Shown: piece by piece, positions 61,070 to 64,000 of the stretch | Layout of the letters: every line of letters starts with the position of its first letter | Numbering within the stretch: position 1 is the first letter of the stretch | NCBI GenBank assembly: GCA_002104945.1 | Contig: MCFH01000059.1 | Coordinates: forward strand, 62,001 to 126,000 | Direction: 5' to 3' | DNA from: Piromyces finnis finn | Lineage: Eukaryota > Fungi > Neocallimastigomycota | DNA length: 64,000 nucleotides | The notes under the pieces: model-generated | What the model was told of the DNA's origin: nothing | The model's database searches: none | Seen by the model: only the letters and a program-made list of their open reading frames with translations | Made by a program: the position numbers and the translations under genes

Positions 61070-63750
61070 TATTAAATATTAAATATATATTAAAAATTAA
61101 AATAAAAAAAAAGAAATCTATATTGTTTAATAGTGTTGTAAACTGTAAAGATTCTATGAGTATATAATAAATATCCTGTCTATAAATAAAGAAATTTAAG
61201 ATTTTTTATTATATAAAATCACTTTTTTATTTTGATTTTGTTATTTATTTTTTATAACTATATTAAAATAAAAATAAAAAAAAAATATTAAAACTATAAT
61301 TATTAAATTATAATTAGTATTATTATTTTCATAATTTTATTTATTTATTTATATTATCTATTTTTTATTATACAATAATTTATTATACATAAAAAAAAAA
61401 AAACATTTTTTTATTCTATTGATTTTCATTTATGTAATATATTATTACCATTGACTATAAGGAATAATATAATATGAATATATAATAAATAATATATTTA
61501 TATTTTAATTCCATTTATATATAAAGATAATATATGAAACTTAATAAATATACTTGTATATACCATTAGTTAAAAAACATGGATATTAATGATGATGTAG
61601 TTTAAATATATTTATATATATTTAATATATATATAATAATATATATAATAATGTATTATTTATATTAAATATGTACTACATTTACCTATAATTAATTTAC
61701 ATTTTAATACATTATGTTATTGTATTTAAATGTTTTATACATATATTAGAATAAAATAAAATAAATTTAAAATCTATTAATTCTATTAATATTATATATA
61801 ATATTATATATGTGGCTGTATATTATTCCATATAATAAGATCCAATCATAATAATATATAATTATATTCTTTTCAGTTATTTCTATATATTATACTATAG
61901 TAATAGGAAAGAAATTAGTATAGAAAAATTATTAGTAGCCTACAAAATACAACACAAAATTCTGGTTAAACAAATAGGTTAAAATTTAAAATATTAATTA
62001 TTATCATGTCTATTATTTTTATTTTCGAACTAGGATTAATATAGAAATCAGTTTCTAATATCTTAATTATACCTTTAGTTTTTATTTAGCTTTCAAAAAA
62101 AAAAAAAACCATAATTAAGAACCCTTGAAATAATTTTACTTTTTTATAAACAATAACTACCGTTACTCAAGCTTATTTAAGGTTACACATGTGTATATTT
62201 TCTTTATAAATATATTTCTAATACATTATTCACTAATTATAAGAATGTATGTACGATACAATATAGAAAATGGTAAAAGGATGATGTTTGTAGCATGAGG
62301 AAAAATGAAAACTATATAAAACCCTTGAAAAGAAATCATCATGAATTATAAAAAAACAGTGTTAAATGTCAACATTTTAATCCGAAAGAAAAATTACACT
62401 GAAAATAAGTATAATAATATAATGCTTATTTTTTTATATCATTTATTGCAATAATAAATCTATTTATGTGATTCATAGTAAGGTTAATTATATAATATTG
62501 TAAATATAGACATATATACTGAAGGTTCATTATAATGAAAATGTTATCATTAATTGTTAATTAAAACTACGTTCATTTAAATAAATTGTTTATATATAAA
62601 ATTTCTTTTCTTTTATTCAACATTTAGATAACTAGTTATTTCTTTATTTTTATAATATACATCATATTATTTTAAAAATACTTTTTAACAATTTTTGATA
62701 TTAGTTACAATTTAAAGATATAGGATTTTTTCTTTTTCTTTTTTTTTCCTTGTTATAATTTATTACTACTTTTTTAAGATTATTACTTATTATTACTTAT
62801 TATTATTTATCAATTAATAATGAATTTGATAAAAAGTGTATATAATATTTGGATATGTTAATACACTTTTAAAGTTAACCTTTTATGAAAATATAAAAAA
62901 ACATTATAATTAATCTTAAATAAATATAATAAATTAATTATTCTTTCTTTTTTTTTAAATAATAATGAAACTCCTCCCTTTGTAAATATATAATTTAAAT
63001 ATTATTCTAGTATTTTAAACTGAATAATAGTAATTTTAATTATTATCATTCTTTTTCTTCTTCTAATTATTATTGTTAAAATCGAAAAAAGAATATTCAA
63101 AAGAAATTTTTTTTTAATCACAAAAATCAAAAATTAATAATTAATATAAATTTAGATTTTTATTATAAATTAATTTTAAAGTATATAATAGTATATAATA
63201 TATATAATATGGCTGTTATTATTGTTATAAATAAATAAATAAATAAATAGATAAATAAATAGATAAATAAATAGATAAATGAATGAATGAATTAAATGAT
63301 TAAATTATTGAAAAAGATATAAAAAGACCTTTATTTAAGCCAAAATTATTTAAATCTTTGAAAAAAAAAATATACAATAATATCATATCATATTAAAAAT
63401 ATATTTTAAATTTTTTATTATTTATATCAATTACATATATCTATATCAATTTGCTAATATTTGTGATAACAGAATATAGTAAATTTAACAAGAATAATTT
63501 AAAAATATTATCCAAAGGTAAATAAAAATTATGTTAAATGTTTTATTTAATTGTGAATGTCAATACACTTGTTTTCTTTATAATATATTTACAATATTAA
63601 CGTAAAAATTTATAATGTATAATCAATTATCAATTGAATATATTACATATTAATTTTAATGCAGAAAAAAAAACAAAATTTCTTGAAAAAATAAGAAAAT
63701 TATCTATCCAAACTTTTTTTTTTTTACAGTAATAGTATAATAAAATCAAA

Positions 63751-64000
63751 ATGTCAAGTGAAGATAACAGTATCATGAATAATAAGGTTAATGACACTAT
63801 GGAAAATAAAACAGATGACCAAATTACTAATCCAGCTATTGCCGGTGCTAGTACCCCAAACCAAGTTAATAATGAAAAAGAAAATGAACATTTAGCTGAA
63901 GTCAAAAATAATAAGATGAAGAATGAAGATCAATTAAATTTACCAACATACGAAGAAGCTGTTAGTTTTCAATCATTTGTAGATAATTTGGAAACACCTG
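63751..64000 (+). CDS. 5' part of a gene truncated by the window edge; acidic disordered N-terminus with an LPTY motif
   Basis: Open frame from ATG 63751: MSSEDNSIMNNKVNDTMENKTDDQITNPAIAGASTPNQ...LNLPTYEEAVSFQSFVDNLETP to the end of the window. Confidence 0.7.
   Translation, partial: MSSEDNSIMNNKVNDTMENKTDDQITNPAIAGASTPNQVNNEKENEHLAEVKNNKMKNEDQLNLPTYEEAVSFQSFVDNLETP

Overview
Extremely AT-rich (roughly 80-85% A+T), intron-rich eukaryotic DNA. Composition, ciliary genes, an ankyrin-family gene and a Firmicutes-type biotin synthase point to an anaerobic gut fungus (Neocallimastigomycota); this is inferred, not proven. About 14 protein genes can be assembled by hand from GT-AG introns: a 1,582-aa orphan, UNC119, a TSNAXIP1_N coiled-coil protein, a RanBD/EVH1-like + BIR protein, a disordered S/T-P-rich protein, a split-PH tail-anchored protein, Raptor/KOG1, TBP, an ankyrin protein, biotin synthase, a large WD40 protein, an M18 aspartyl aminopeptidase, a Cdc3-type septin and a truncated gene at the right edge. 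Two things stand out. (1) A ~540-nt island of ~41% GC (38822-39358) with no ORF of 60 aa or more, in a 5.5-kb AT desert; it is hairpin-rich, ends in a poly(A) run and carries ordered motifs resembling bacterial/organellar SSU rRNA. (2) An intronless, probably horizontally acquired BioB with a presequence-like N-terminal extension and the cysteine pattern expected of anaerobe-type (Type II) biotin synthases. All assignments were made by eye; no searches were run.
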